NCBI GenBank assembly: GCA_964634885.1
Contig: CAZWLN010000007.1
Location: 1,008 to 65,007, forward strand
DNA length: 64,000 bases
Direction: 5' to 3'
DNA from: an uncultured Hyphomicrobiales bacterium
GTDB taxonomy: Bacteria > Bacteroidota > Ignavibacteria > Kapaibacteriales > UBA2268
In this document: piece after piece, positions 39,695-48,447 of the stretch
Layout of the letters: each line of letters begins with the position of its first letter
Numbering within the stretch: the stretch's first letter is position 1
Notes under the pieces: generated by a model
Told to the model about the DNA's origin: nothing
Database searches by the model: none
What the model saw: only the letters and a program-made list of their open reading frames with translations
Position numbers and translations under genes: made by a program

Positions 39695-42490
39695 TCAAAG
39701 GCTGTCGCTGAAAAATTCCCTGAGTGCAGCTCCTGTGTAAGAATTGTCAACACGGGCAATATCTTCCGGAGTACCGGCAGCGACAACAGCTCCGCCTTCA
39801 ACACCGGCTTCCGGCCCCAGGTCGATGATCCAGTCTGCCGAAGCAATTACGTTCATGTTGTGTTCGATGATGATCATCGAGTGCCCGGCATCCACAAGAC
39901 GGCTGAAACACTCGAGCAGGCGCGAGATGTCGTCTAAATGCAGGCCGGTTGTCGGCTCGTCGAAGATGAACAGGGTATGGTTCGCATTGGAATCGAGGTG
40001 ATTGGCAAGTTTTATCCTCTGGGACTCGCCACCGGAAAGCATCGTACTCGGTTGTCCCAGTTTGAGGTATCCCAGGCCTACATCCTGAAGCACTTTCAGT
40101 TTGCGTGTTACTTTCTGGATCGGCTCAAAGAACTCAATCGCATCATCGACGGTCATTTCCAGTACATCGATGATTGACTTGCCGTTGAAAAGTATGTTCC
40201 TGATTTCCTTTTTGTAACGCGTTCCCTTGCACGATTCACATTCTAAGTGGACATCGGAAAGGAACTGCATGTCAACACTGACGATGCCTTCTCCTTCGCA
40301 GACCTCACACCTTCCGCCCGCGACATTGAAAGAAAAGTATCCCGGTTTGTATCCCATCTGCTTTGCAGCCTGTGTTGTTGCAAAGACATCCCTGATGGCG
40401 TCGAAAGCCTTGGTGAAAGTCGCCGGTGTCGAACGTGACGACTTACCGATGGGTGCCTGGTCAACGAGTTGTATATCGTCGATGTTGGCAAACCCCCTGA
40501 TTTCGCTGTAAGAGCCGGCCTTGCCGTCGTAGCCCACCTTGATCTTCTTCAGGGCAGTGTACAGTACATCGTGCACCAGTGTACTCTTTCCCGACCCCGA
40601 CACCCCGGTAACCACCGTCATAGTATTGAGCGGGAAAGCTACCTCGTCAATCTTCAGGTTATGTTCACGCGGGTTGACCAGTACGATTTCATTGCCGGGC
40701 TGACGCTGCCTGCGGGCAGGGACACTGAATTTCCTGGCGCCGGACATATAAAGCCCCGTAAGGGACTTCCCGTCTTTCAACAACTCATCGAAGCTGCCGG
40801 AGAACATGACTTCTCCGCCACGATCGCCGGCCCTTGGGCCCATGTCGATGACATAGTCCGTTTTCCTGATGATATCCGGGTCGTGTTCCACAACGACAAT
40901 CGTGTTGCCGAGATTGCGCAATTTATTAAGGATATTGATCAGCTTCTGAGTATCTCTGTGATGCATACCGATGCTGGGTTCGTCGAGTACATAGAGAGTA
41001 CCGACGAGTGAAGATCCGAGTGCAGTGGAGAGGTTAATCCTCTGGGCTTCACCTCCGGAGAGGGTATGTGTAAGCCTGTCGAGAGTCAGGTATTCGAGTC
41101 CGATCTCCACCAGCAGGCGTGTACGCCAGATTATTTCCCTGACAACCTGGCCTGCAACTTTTTCTTCATACTTTGTCAATTGGAGGTTGACGAAATAGTC
41201 GAGGAGCTTTTCAAGCGGCATTCTAATTAATTCGGGGATATTCTTGCCGCCGACATAGACCTGGCGTGCGGACGTCCTCAGTCTTGAACCTCCACAGGCC
41301 TTACAGGTGGTATAGCCACGGTAGCGGCTGATCATTACCCTGTTCTGTACTTTGTAATTCTCCTGCTCGAGCCATGAGAAGAACCCGTTAATGCCTATGT
41401 AGCCGTTGGCTCCGTCCCATATTACTTTCAACTGCTCTTCGGACAGCGTAGAGTATGGAGCATCGACATTGATCCTATACTTCGGGGCAATTTTCAGCAG
41501 GTCTCTCTGGAACGAAGAATAGACGACACCTTTGAAGGGGTGGATGGCGCCCCGTTTCAGGGATTTGGACTTATCGGGGACAACGAGGTCGTCGTCGATG
41601 CCGATGGTCCTTCCGAATCCCTGGCATGTAGGACAGGCTCCGTAAGGATTGTTGAACGAGAACAGCCTCGGTTCAGGCTCGACGTAAACGATTTCAGACT
41701 CCGGGTCTTCGAACAGGATGCTGAATTTTCGCAGTTGGCCGCGTGTCAGGTTTCTCACGGCAATTCTTCCCGAACCGGACCTGAAAGCCAGTTCGAGGGA
41801 GTCGATGAGGCGCGACCCGGTTTCTTCGTCGTGCCTGAGTACCATCCTGTCAACAAGGATATAGAGGTTTTTACCGGCAAGGGACGTCAGCGCCTCGAGT
41901 GAATCGAGGTCGATGATGTCGTCGCCCTCGTCGGTTACAGCCCTGAAAAAGCCCGATTCCTTAAGGTATTTATACAATTCTGCGTGATTCTTCGAGTTGA
42001 GGTCCAGTGGAAAGAGTATATAGAGCTTGTCGTCGTCTTTCCATTTCATCAGTTCTTCGAGCACAGAGTCAGGCGTATCTTTCTTTACCACTTTTCCTGT
42101 TACCTTACAGATGGTAATTCCAATTCTGCCGTAAAGAAGCCTAAGGTAGTCGTAGATTTCAGTGGTCGTACCGACAGTAGAACGGGGATTCTTCTGGGGC
42201 TGTTTCTGCTCTATGGCAATGGCCGGTGGCAGTCCGGAAACAGATTCGACATCCGGCTTGTTCATCCTCTCGAGGAACTGCCGGGCGTAGGAAGAAAGAG
42301 ACTCGACGAAACGCCTCTGCCCTTCGGCGTAGATGGTGTCGAAGGCAAGGGATGACTTGCCGGAACCACTGACACCGGTAATTACGGTAAATTTGTTATG
42401 GGGAATGGTTATGGACACATTCTTGAGATTGTGGACCTTCGCATTCTTCACTTCGATATATTTCTGTTTCTTAGTTTCCATATTTTTCAA
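39695..42490 (-). CDS. uvrA: Excinuclease ABC subunit A
   Basis: 931 aa. Two ABC ATPase modules (Walker A 'GVSGSGKSSLAFDT' and 'GVSGSGKSTLVHDV'; signatures 'LSGGEAQRINLSTAL' and 'LSGGESQRIKLANHL'). Zinc-finger Cys clusters ('CPTCQGFG', 'CKACGG', 'CEVCEGEG', 'CESCKG'). Confidence 0.95.
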   Translation of the reverse strand: MKNMETKKQKYIEVKNAKVHNLKNVSITIPHNKFTVITGVSGSGKSSLAFDTIYAEGQRRFVESLSSYARQFLERMNKPDVESVSGLPPAIAIEQKQPQKNPRSTVGTTTEIYDYLRLLYGRIGITICKVTGKVVKKDTPDSVLEELMKWKDDDKLYILFPLDLNSKNHAELYKYLKESGFFRAVTDEGDDIIDLDSLEALTSLAGKNLYILVDRMVLRHDEETGSRLIDSLELAFRSGSGRIAVRNLTRGQLRKFSILFEDPESEIVYVEPEPRLFSFNNPYGACPTCQGFGRTIGIDDDLVVPDKSKSLKRGAIHPFKGVVYSSFQRDLLKIAPKYRINVDAPYSTLSEEQLKVIWDGANGYIGINGFFSWLEQENYKVQNRVMISRYRGYTTCKACGGSRLRTSARQVYVGGKNIPELIRMPLEKLLDYFVNLQLTKYEEKVAGQVVREIIWRTRLLVEIGLEYLTLDRLTHTLSGGEAQRINLSTALGSSLVGTLYVLDEPSIGMHHRDTQKLINILNKLRNLGNTIVVVEHDPDIIRKTDYVIDMGPRAGDRGGEVMFSGSFDELLKDGKSLTGLYMSGARKFSVPARRQRQPGNEIVLVNPREHNLKIDEVAFPLNTMTVVTGVSGSGKSTLVHDVLYTALKKIKVGYDGKAGSYSEIRGFANIDDIQLVDQAPIGKSSRSTPATFTKAFDAIRDVFATTQAAKQMGYKPGYFSFNVAGGRCEVCEGEGIVSVDMQFLSDVHLECESCKGTRYKKEIRNILFNGKSIIDVLEMTVDDAIEFFEPIQKVTRKLKVLQDVGLGYLKLGQPSTMLSGGESQRIKLANHLDSNANHTLFIFDEPTTGLHLDDISRLLECFSRLVDAGHSMIIIEHNMNVIASADWIIDLGPEAGVEGGAVVAAGTPEDIARVDNSYTGAALREFFSDSL

Positions 42491-42549
42491 TTTCTAACAA
42501 AAATAAACAGGCAAATTAGCAAGAATAGATTTAATGGAAAAATTTATTA

Positions 42550-42590
42550 GAATTCTGAATTCTGAATTCTGAATTCTGAATTCTGAATGC
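42550..42590. repeat. Tandem heptamer repeat (gaattct)x~5
   Basis: 'agaattctgaattctgaattctgaattctgaatgctg' read directly, in the uvrA/histidine-kinase divergent intergenic region. Confidence 0.9.
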
Positions 42591-42652
42591 TGAGCCGAGC
42601 GCAGCGAGACCGGCGTAGCCAATGCTGAATGCTGGAAAAGCAGAGCCAGAGC

Positions 42653-42920
42653 GACTTTCCCCTCTCTACAAGAAAATTATACTGGTAGAGACAGGTCTCA
42701 GACCTGTCTCAATATCATTAATACATTAGATGGTCTCCACCTCTGAGGTGGAGTCCATCTTGCTGATTGCCTGTTGCCAACCTTCGGAAGGTTCTAAAGA
42801 CAGAGCCAAAGCGTCTTTCCCCTCTCTACAAGAAAATTATACTGGTAGAGACAGGTCTCAGACCTGTCTCAATATCATTAATACATTAGATGGTCTCCAC
42901 CTCAAAGGTGGAGTCCATCT
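42653..42920. repeat. Two direct copies (~108 bp, ~97% identical; 42653-42760 and 42811-42920) of an element containing two hairpins: 'gagacaggtct-c-agacctgtctc' and 'agatggtctccacc-n4-ggtggagtccatct'
   Basis: Direct reading. The second hairpin shares its arms with the 74-bp hairpin elements at 32365-32438 and 32655-32730. Confidence 0.85.
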
Positions 42921-43065
42921 TACCCGAAACGAACCGGCAGATAATTATTAATTGGAGCATGAATATTATTAATAATTTTCATTTTATTACCGAAATATGA
43001 AAGAAATGTATTATTAGTAATCTCTTTATTATAAAAGAGTAAAACATGACAGGCTGCGGTGAATT

Positions 43066-46000
43066 ATGAAAAGCGACCAGGAAAAAACTAAGGACGAACT
43101 GCTGCTGGAATTGCAGAGCCTGAGGAAAGAATGTGAATCGTGGAAGATAAAAAACCTTGAAGACCAATCAGCACACTCTACGTCAGAACAGGAGCTGAGA
43201 TCGACCATATCGCTTCTCAATGCCACTCTCGAATCGACAGCCGACGCTATTCTGGTAATGGACTTAGACAGGAATGTCGTCAGTTACAACCGCAATTTCC
43301 TTGAGTTGTGGGCCATCGTCGGTGAGAAGGTTGACAAATCGGTCCTGAAGCATATCGCCGGCCAAATATCACCCTACAATGATTTCAAAGATAAAGTTGT
43401 ATTTTTGTTCGACAATCCCGGAGAGAAGTGCCTGGACGCAGTTACCCTGACAGACAGGCGTGTAGTCGAATACTTCACTCAGCCCCGGAGAATCGGCAAT
43501 GAGATTGTGGGAAGAGTGTGGTCATTCCGGGACATAACCGAAAGAAAACAAATTGACAATCTTGAAACCGAGTTGCTTAATCTTTCATCCTATCTTGTCG
43601 CAATACCCTATTCAGACATAAACAAAGCAATAGAAATCGCTCTTGGCAAGATAGGTCAATACTTTTCAGCCGACAGGGCTTACATTTTCGAATTCGACTC
43701 TGCGTACAGCACTGCCAGCAATACCCACGAGTGGTGTAAGGAAGGAATACGGCCCGATAGAGACAATCTTCAGAATATTCCGTGCGACCTTTTTCCAAAG
43801 TGGATGGAAAGCCTGTCTGCCAAAGAGCCTATTGTCATAGCCTCTGTTGACGACTTGCCTGACGAGTGGACAGCAGAAAAAGAGATACTGAAAGGTATCA
43901 AATCCGTAATAATTATTCCTTTAATAAACAACGGCGTCTTAGTCGGCTTCGTAGGACTTGACGATATTAACAACTGCAAGACATACCGGCCCGGTGAAAT
44001 CAACTTATTAAGAATATGGGGCGATATGCTCGGAAGCCTCGTTAGCAACAACAAGATATCAAAAGAGTTGCAGAGAATCAACGACCAGATGACTGCCACG
44101 CTGAAAGCTATACCCGACCTGTTGTTTAAACTCGACAGGAATGGTGTCTTCCTTGACTACCACGGGCCTGAAGAGTTTACCCTGATAGCTCCGCCCGAAG
44201 AATTCATCGGAAAAAACATCAATCGGTTCCTGCCTCAGGATATATGCGACAATCTGATACCGCTGTTTGAAAAGGCCATTGAAACAAACCTTATGCAATC
44301 TTACGAATATTCTCTCGTTTTAGGCGGCCAGACTCGCTATTTTGAATCAAGAATCGTAGCAAAGGAAAATGAAAATATCATCTGTATTGTCAGGGACCAT
44401 ACGGAAAAGAAATTGTCCGAGGAAATGCTGAAACAGACAAAGAAAAACTATGAATCGTTCTTTAATACATTGAGCGAGTTACTATTCATCCTCGACGAAC
44501 AGGGCAACATTCTCCAGGCTAACAAAACAGTCTATGACAGGCTCGGATACTCTTCCGAAGAACTTCTTGGACAAAGTGTGCTGATGGTTCATCCACCCGA
44601 CAGGCGAGAGGAAGCTTTGGAAATTGTGACAAAGATGATTCTCGGGCAAACAAAATACTGCCCGGTACCTGTTATTACAAAATCGGGCAGTCTAATACCT
44701 GTGGAAACAAGAGTTATGCACGGACAGTGGGACGGGAAACCGGTTCTGTTCGGTGTTACAAAAGATATATCGGAAATCAAATTCTCCGAAGAGAAATTCT
44801 CCAAAGTTTTCTATGTCAATCCTTCAGCCTGCAGCCTCACCGACATGGCAACCGGAAAATTCATCGAAGTGAACAATATGTTCTACAAAATATTCGGCTT
44901 CGACATAGATGAAGTCATAGGCAGAAGCATTACCGAACTTGGGATAATGACACAGGAATCTTTTACAAAAGTAATGTCAGAAGCAGACGACAAGGGTAAT
45001 GTTACAAATGTGGAAGTTACGCTGAAAGCTAAGAACGGCAATGACAAAAATGTACTATTGTCGTCTGAGAACATTACTATCCAGGATAAAAAATACCGTT
45101 ACACCGTAGCTCATGACATCACTGAACTTAAACGCTTTGAAGAAGCCCTGGAGATTGAAAGGCGCAGATTGTCCGACATTCTGGAAGGTACAAATGTCGG
45201 TACATGGGAATGGAACATCCAAACAGGTGAGACTGTTTTCAATGAACGCTGGGCTAATATTATGGGCTATACCCTGGAAGAGCTGGCGCCATTATCGATT
45301 GAAACCTGGGTGAAAGCCTGTCACCCCGACGACCTGGTACAATCAGGCGAACTTTTAAATAAGCATTTCGAAGGAATTACAGACTACTACGAGTTTGAAG
45401 CAAGGATGAGGCACAAAAACGGCAATTGGGTATGGGTTCTCGACAGAGGAAAGGTACACACCCGCGACAGCGAGGGGAAGCCTTTGTTCATGTCTGGTAC
45501 CCACCAGGATATTACAAAGCGCAAAACGTCAGAGGAAAATTTCTTACTGGTGTTTGAAGAGTTGAAGGCATCGAAAAGAATAATTGAAGAAAACCTGTTA
45601 CAAAAGAATTCACTGCTTCAGGACCTCGAAAAGACCAATACGGAAAAAGACAAATTCTTCTCCATAATCGCCCACGACCTGAGAAGCCCGTTCTCAGGCT
45701 TCCTCGGCTTAACACAGTATATGGCTGAAAAAATACAGGACCTGACCCTCGGGGAGATTCAGAGTTTAGGTATTACAATGAAAGAGCAGGCTACGAATCT
45801 GTTCAAACTGCTCGAAAACCTTCTGGAATGGTCCAGGGTACAAAGAGGAATCATGGAATTCACACCCGTTGTCTGCTCCGTCAATCAGATTGTAGATTAC
45901 AATATCGGGATCATATCGGGAATTGCGAAGCATAAGAATATTGAGTTGACGAGTGTCGTCGGTGACAGCCTGTTGATTAAAGCCGACATGGCTATGATCA

Positions 46001-46410
46001 ATACTATAATACGCAACCTGGTATCCAACGCCGTCAAGTTCACTCCTGAAGGCGGCAAAGTCGAAGTGGGAGCTTTCATTCCACCGGCAGGCTCCCTTGT
46101 TCCTGAAAACCAGGTAGTAATATCAATCAAAGACAGTGGCATCGGTATGGACAGCCAAATGAAAGACAAGCTTTTCAAGATTGACAAAAAGGTTTCACGC
46201 CCCGGTACGAACAATGAACCAAGCACCGGCCTCGGACTGATACTGTGTAAAGAATTTGTCGACAAACACAGCGGCTCAATCTGGGTCGAAAGCGAAGAGA
46301 ACAGAGGTACTACTTTTTTCTTCTCTGTTCCCGTAGCAGACAAAGACGATATAGCAGTTGATCTTTCCGGACTGGATGTGTTTTATAATGATCCGGAGGC
46401 ATGGAAATAA
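43066..46410 (+). CDS. Multi-sensor histidine kinase with no receiver domain. Domain order: coiled-coil, PAS, GAF, several PAS/PAC, HisKA, HATPase_c.
   Basis: H-box 'FFSIIAHDLRSPFSGFLGL'. ATPase boxes 'RNLVSNAVKFTPEGGKVEV', 'IKDSGIGMD', 'GTGLGLILCKEFV'. At least three PAS-like segments ('VMDLDRNVVSYNRNFLELW', 'ILDEQGNILQANKTVYDRLGYSSEELLGQ', 'VGTWEWNIQTGETVFNERWANIMGY'). A GAF-like block spans roughly residues 190-330. Confidence 0.9.
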   Translation: MKSDQEKTKDELLLELQSLRKECESWKIKNLEDQSAHSTSEQELRSTISLLNATLESTADAILVMDLDRNVVSYNRNFLELWAIVGEKVDKSVLKHIAGQISPYNDFKDKVVFLFDNPGEKCLDAVTLTDRRVVEYFTQPRRIGNEIVGRVWSFRDITERKQIDNLETELLNLSSYLVAIPYSDINKAIEIALGKIGQYFSADRAYIFEFDSAYSTASNTHEWCKEGIRPDRDNLQNIPCDLFPKWMESLSAKEPIVIASVDDLPDEWTAEKEILKGIKSVIIIPLINNGVLVGFVGLDDINNCKTYRPGEINLLRIWGDMLGSLVSNNKISKELQRINDQMTATLKAIPDLLFKLDRNGVFLDYHGPEEFTLIAPPEEFIGKNINRFLPQDICDNLIPLFEKAIETNLMQSYEYSLVLGGQTRYFESRIVAKENENIICIVRDHTEKKLSEEMLKQTKKNYESFFNTLSELLFILDEQGNILQANKTVYDRLGYSSEELLGQSVLMVHPPDRREEALEIVTKMILGQTKYCPVPVITKSGSLIPVETRVMHGQWDGKPVLFGVTKDISEIKFSEEKFSKVFYVNPSACSLTDMATGKFIEVNNMFYKIFGFDIDEVIGRSITELGIMTQESFTKVMSEADDKGNVTNVEVTLKAKNGNDKNVLLSSENITIQDKKYRYTVAHDITELKRFEEALEIERRRLSDILEGTNVGTWEWNIQTGETVFNERWANIMGYTLEELAPLSIETWVKACHPDDLVQSGELLNKHFEGITDYYEFEARMRHKNGNWVWVLDRGKVHTRDSEGKPLFMSGTHQDITKRKTSEENFLLVFEELKASKRIIEENLLQKNSLLQDLEKTNTEKDKFFSIIAHDLRSPFSGFLGLTQYMAEKIQDLTLGEIQSLGITMKEQATNLFKLLENLLEWSRVQRGIMEFTPVVCSVNQIVDYNIGIISGIAKHKNIELTSVVGDSLLIKADMAMINTIIRNLVSNAVKFTPEGGKVEVGAFIPPAGSLVPENQVVISIKDSGIGMDSQMKDKLFKIDKKVSRPGTNNEPSTGLGLILCKEFVDKHSGSIWVESEENRGTTFFFSVPVADKDDIAVDLSGLDVFYNDPEAWK

Positions 46411-46443
46411 CGTTCCGTATTACAAAGGAATACTGCTACGGGT

Positions 46444-46911
46444 TCACAATCGCATGCTTTTTCCTTTTACAGCTAAAGTCTCCAAGACAAGCCCGGCCAG
46501 TTCCGCCGGTACGATTGCCTTTTGCCGTTCTTTTTCCTCTTCTACAGATTGGCCGGCACTTTTGACAGCTTTCAATGCGTAGAGGGCAGCTCCGGGTGAA
46601 TGGTCAGCCATGTGGGCTGTAGCAACGGCATGGCCTACTGAACGTGCTACGGCAACAGCCACGGGATTGGTCGATTCGTTTGCCACAGCGATTGCTCCGA
46701 CAGCAGCTTTTCTGGCTTCTCCGACAGAGGCTCCGCCTCTTTCCCATTCCCTGCCGACCGAGAGAGCGTGGAGCAGCCTTCCGTCAATATTCCCGCCGAG
46801 GAGAGGCAGGACATGCTCAGAACATTGCACTGCCCATCCCATCAACAAACGGTGATGTGCTTTCGTGAGCAAGCCTCCCCTGTGTTCCGCCACATATCTT
46901 CTGTCGCGCAT
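46444..46911 (-). CDS. Imm5-like putative immunity protein (all-helical, HEAT-like) with no adjacent toxin gene
   Basis: 155-aa Ala/Val-rich helical protein. The segments 'WAVQCSEHVLPLL' and 'ARSVGHAVATAHMADHSPGAALYALKAV' resemble the remembered Imm5 (polymorphic-toxin immunity) conserved blocks 'WAADCAERVLPLFE' and 'AAGHAAATAHVADHA.GAA.YAxKAV'. The gene is conspicuously GC-richer (~57%) than its neighbours. The family assignment is from memory, not a search. Confidence 0.45.
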   Translation of the reverse strand: MRDRRYVAEHRGGLLTKAHHRLLMGWAVQCSEHVLPLLGGNIDGRLLHALSVGREWERGGASVGEARKAAVGAIAVANESTNPVAVAVARSVGHAVATAHMADHSPGAALYALKAVKSAGQSVEEEKERQKAIVPAELAGLVLETLAVKGKSMRL

Positions 46912-46936
46912 TCACTCCCCTGGATTTAATACATCT

Positions 46937-48133
46937 TTACAAATTTTTCTTTATTACTTCTTCCAGTTTGGCTTCAGCTTCTTCATCGTAGCCTAACTGT
47001 ACAAAGAGGATCCTGCCGTCCTTGCCGATGAGGTACATCGTGGGGTATCCTGTAACCCTGTAGAGTTTTGGAAGCTCCGGCGGGGCCATTAGAATGGTAT
47101 AAGTAACTCCTCTCTTAGAAAGGAAAGTCCCGACGTCGTCTTCTTTCTTGTCCCTTGGGTCGATGCCGATTACTTCCAGTCCCCTGTCTTTATACTTCAT
47201 GTGTAGCTTCTGCAACATAGGATAGGACTTCATGCACCAGTAGCAGGCCTTGTAGAAAAAGTCCACCAGCACGAGTTTTCCCCTGAAGTCGGACAGGCTG
47301 CGCGTTTCACCGGAGAGAGAAGGCAGGCTCCAGGCCGGCGCTACCGTATCGACAGGCAGCAAGGGTGTTTCATCCTCTTTAGAATACTCTTTCAACCTGA
47401 TGTATTTCGGTACAGAAGCCGGTTGGAATTGGGATTCGCCTTTCACCTGTTCCGGTTCGTGTTTATCCAATACATATTTCTCATATTGGTACATGGTGTC
47501 TGCAAAGGAAACAATATCAGACAGGACAGAATACTGTACCGGCAGCAGGCCTTTTTTATCAATCCATATATTGTACTCGGTTTTCAGGCTGTGAATGACA
47601 TCGGAACTGTCGTAGTCCGGTTTTTCGATTATTCTGACCCGGTAGCAGGGATTGTTTTTGATAGATTCTTCACCGGCAAGGGTAACAGAAACCTTCGGGG
47701 ATTCTGAGGGAACCGGGAAGCATTTACTGTTTTTAAATGGTGCGTATATATTCGCATATTCGAGCATCTCCTTTACCAGATCGGGGTTCTTTGCTATCGA
47801 ATATATTCTGCCGGTACTGTCCTTGGTGGTATAATTGACATAGTCTTTGCCGGAGAACAATTCAACTTTTTGGGAACCTCCGGGTACTGAAGAAGTAAGG
47901 TGGAACAGCAAAGGGTGAAGGGTATCGGCGCCATTCTTTTTAAATGTACAGCTTGAAACGTCTGTAAGGGTATCCTTACGAGTCATCGACTTCCTGTATT
48001 TTGTCATTTCATAGTAGCCGCTTTTCACTGCTTTGCATTTTTCTGCCGACTGCTTCAGTATTGCCTGGGGGTCCTGTGCAAGAACCTTCGATGACAGAAT
48101 GACAATTGCTAATGTAAATATGTAATATTTCAT
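46937..48133 (-). CDS. Secreted thiol:disulfide oxidoreductase, TlpA/ResA-like thioredoxin fold, with an N-terminal domain of unknown function
   Basis: Signal peptide 'MKYYIFTLAIVILSSKVLAQ'. The C-terminal Trx fold has 'GKLVLVDFFYKACYWCMKSYPMLQKL' (CxxC motif) and 'VTGYPTMYLIGKDGRI' (cis-Pro region). Confidence 0.7.
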   Translation of the reverse strand: MKYYIFTLAIVILSSKVLAQDPQAILKQSAEKCKAVKSGYYEMTKYRKSMTRKDTLTDVSSCTFKKNGADTLHPLLFHLTSSVPGGSQKVELFSGKDYVNYTTKDSTGRIYSIAKNPDLVKEMLEYANIYAPFKNSKCFPVPSESPKVSVTLAGEESIKNNPCYRVRIIEKPDYDSSDVIHSLKTEYNIWIDKKGLLPVQYSVLSDIVSFADTMYQYEKYVLDKHEPEQVKGESQFQPASVPKYIRLKEYSKEDETPLLPVDTVAPAWSLPSLSGETRSLSDFRGKLVLVDFFYKACYWCMKSYPMLQKLHMKYKDRGLEVIGIDPRDKKEDDVGTFLSKRGVTYTILMAPPELPKLYRVTGYPTMYLIGKDGRILFVQLGYDEEAEAKLEEVIKKNL

Positions 48134-48447
48134 GAATCCATATTCCAAATTGATGAAAAATTAATCTATTAAGCAATCCAAATATAATAAATACTTTACT
48201 ATTAAATTATAAATTATCAGTTTTGCGCCCAATCAGGTACGTCAATCCCCCAAGGCAGTTTTCTTTAATAATGAATTGACATCAATTTCTCTTCACTGCG
48301 CTTTTCTTCACTGTTCCTCCTAATTACAAGTATTATGAATACAAAGGCAGAATATTTTTTCCCTAATGATATATTAACATGTATTAAATTGCACAATTTT
48401 TTTGGAATTTAATAAATATTAGTATTCAGGAATTGTGAAAACCATAG

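Noticed and set aside
30900-43000. Possible CRISPR array suggested by the many short direct repeats
   Set aside because: The repeats are heterogeneous modules of different lengths with no regular repeat-spacer periodicity, and there are no cas genes in the window.
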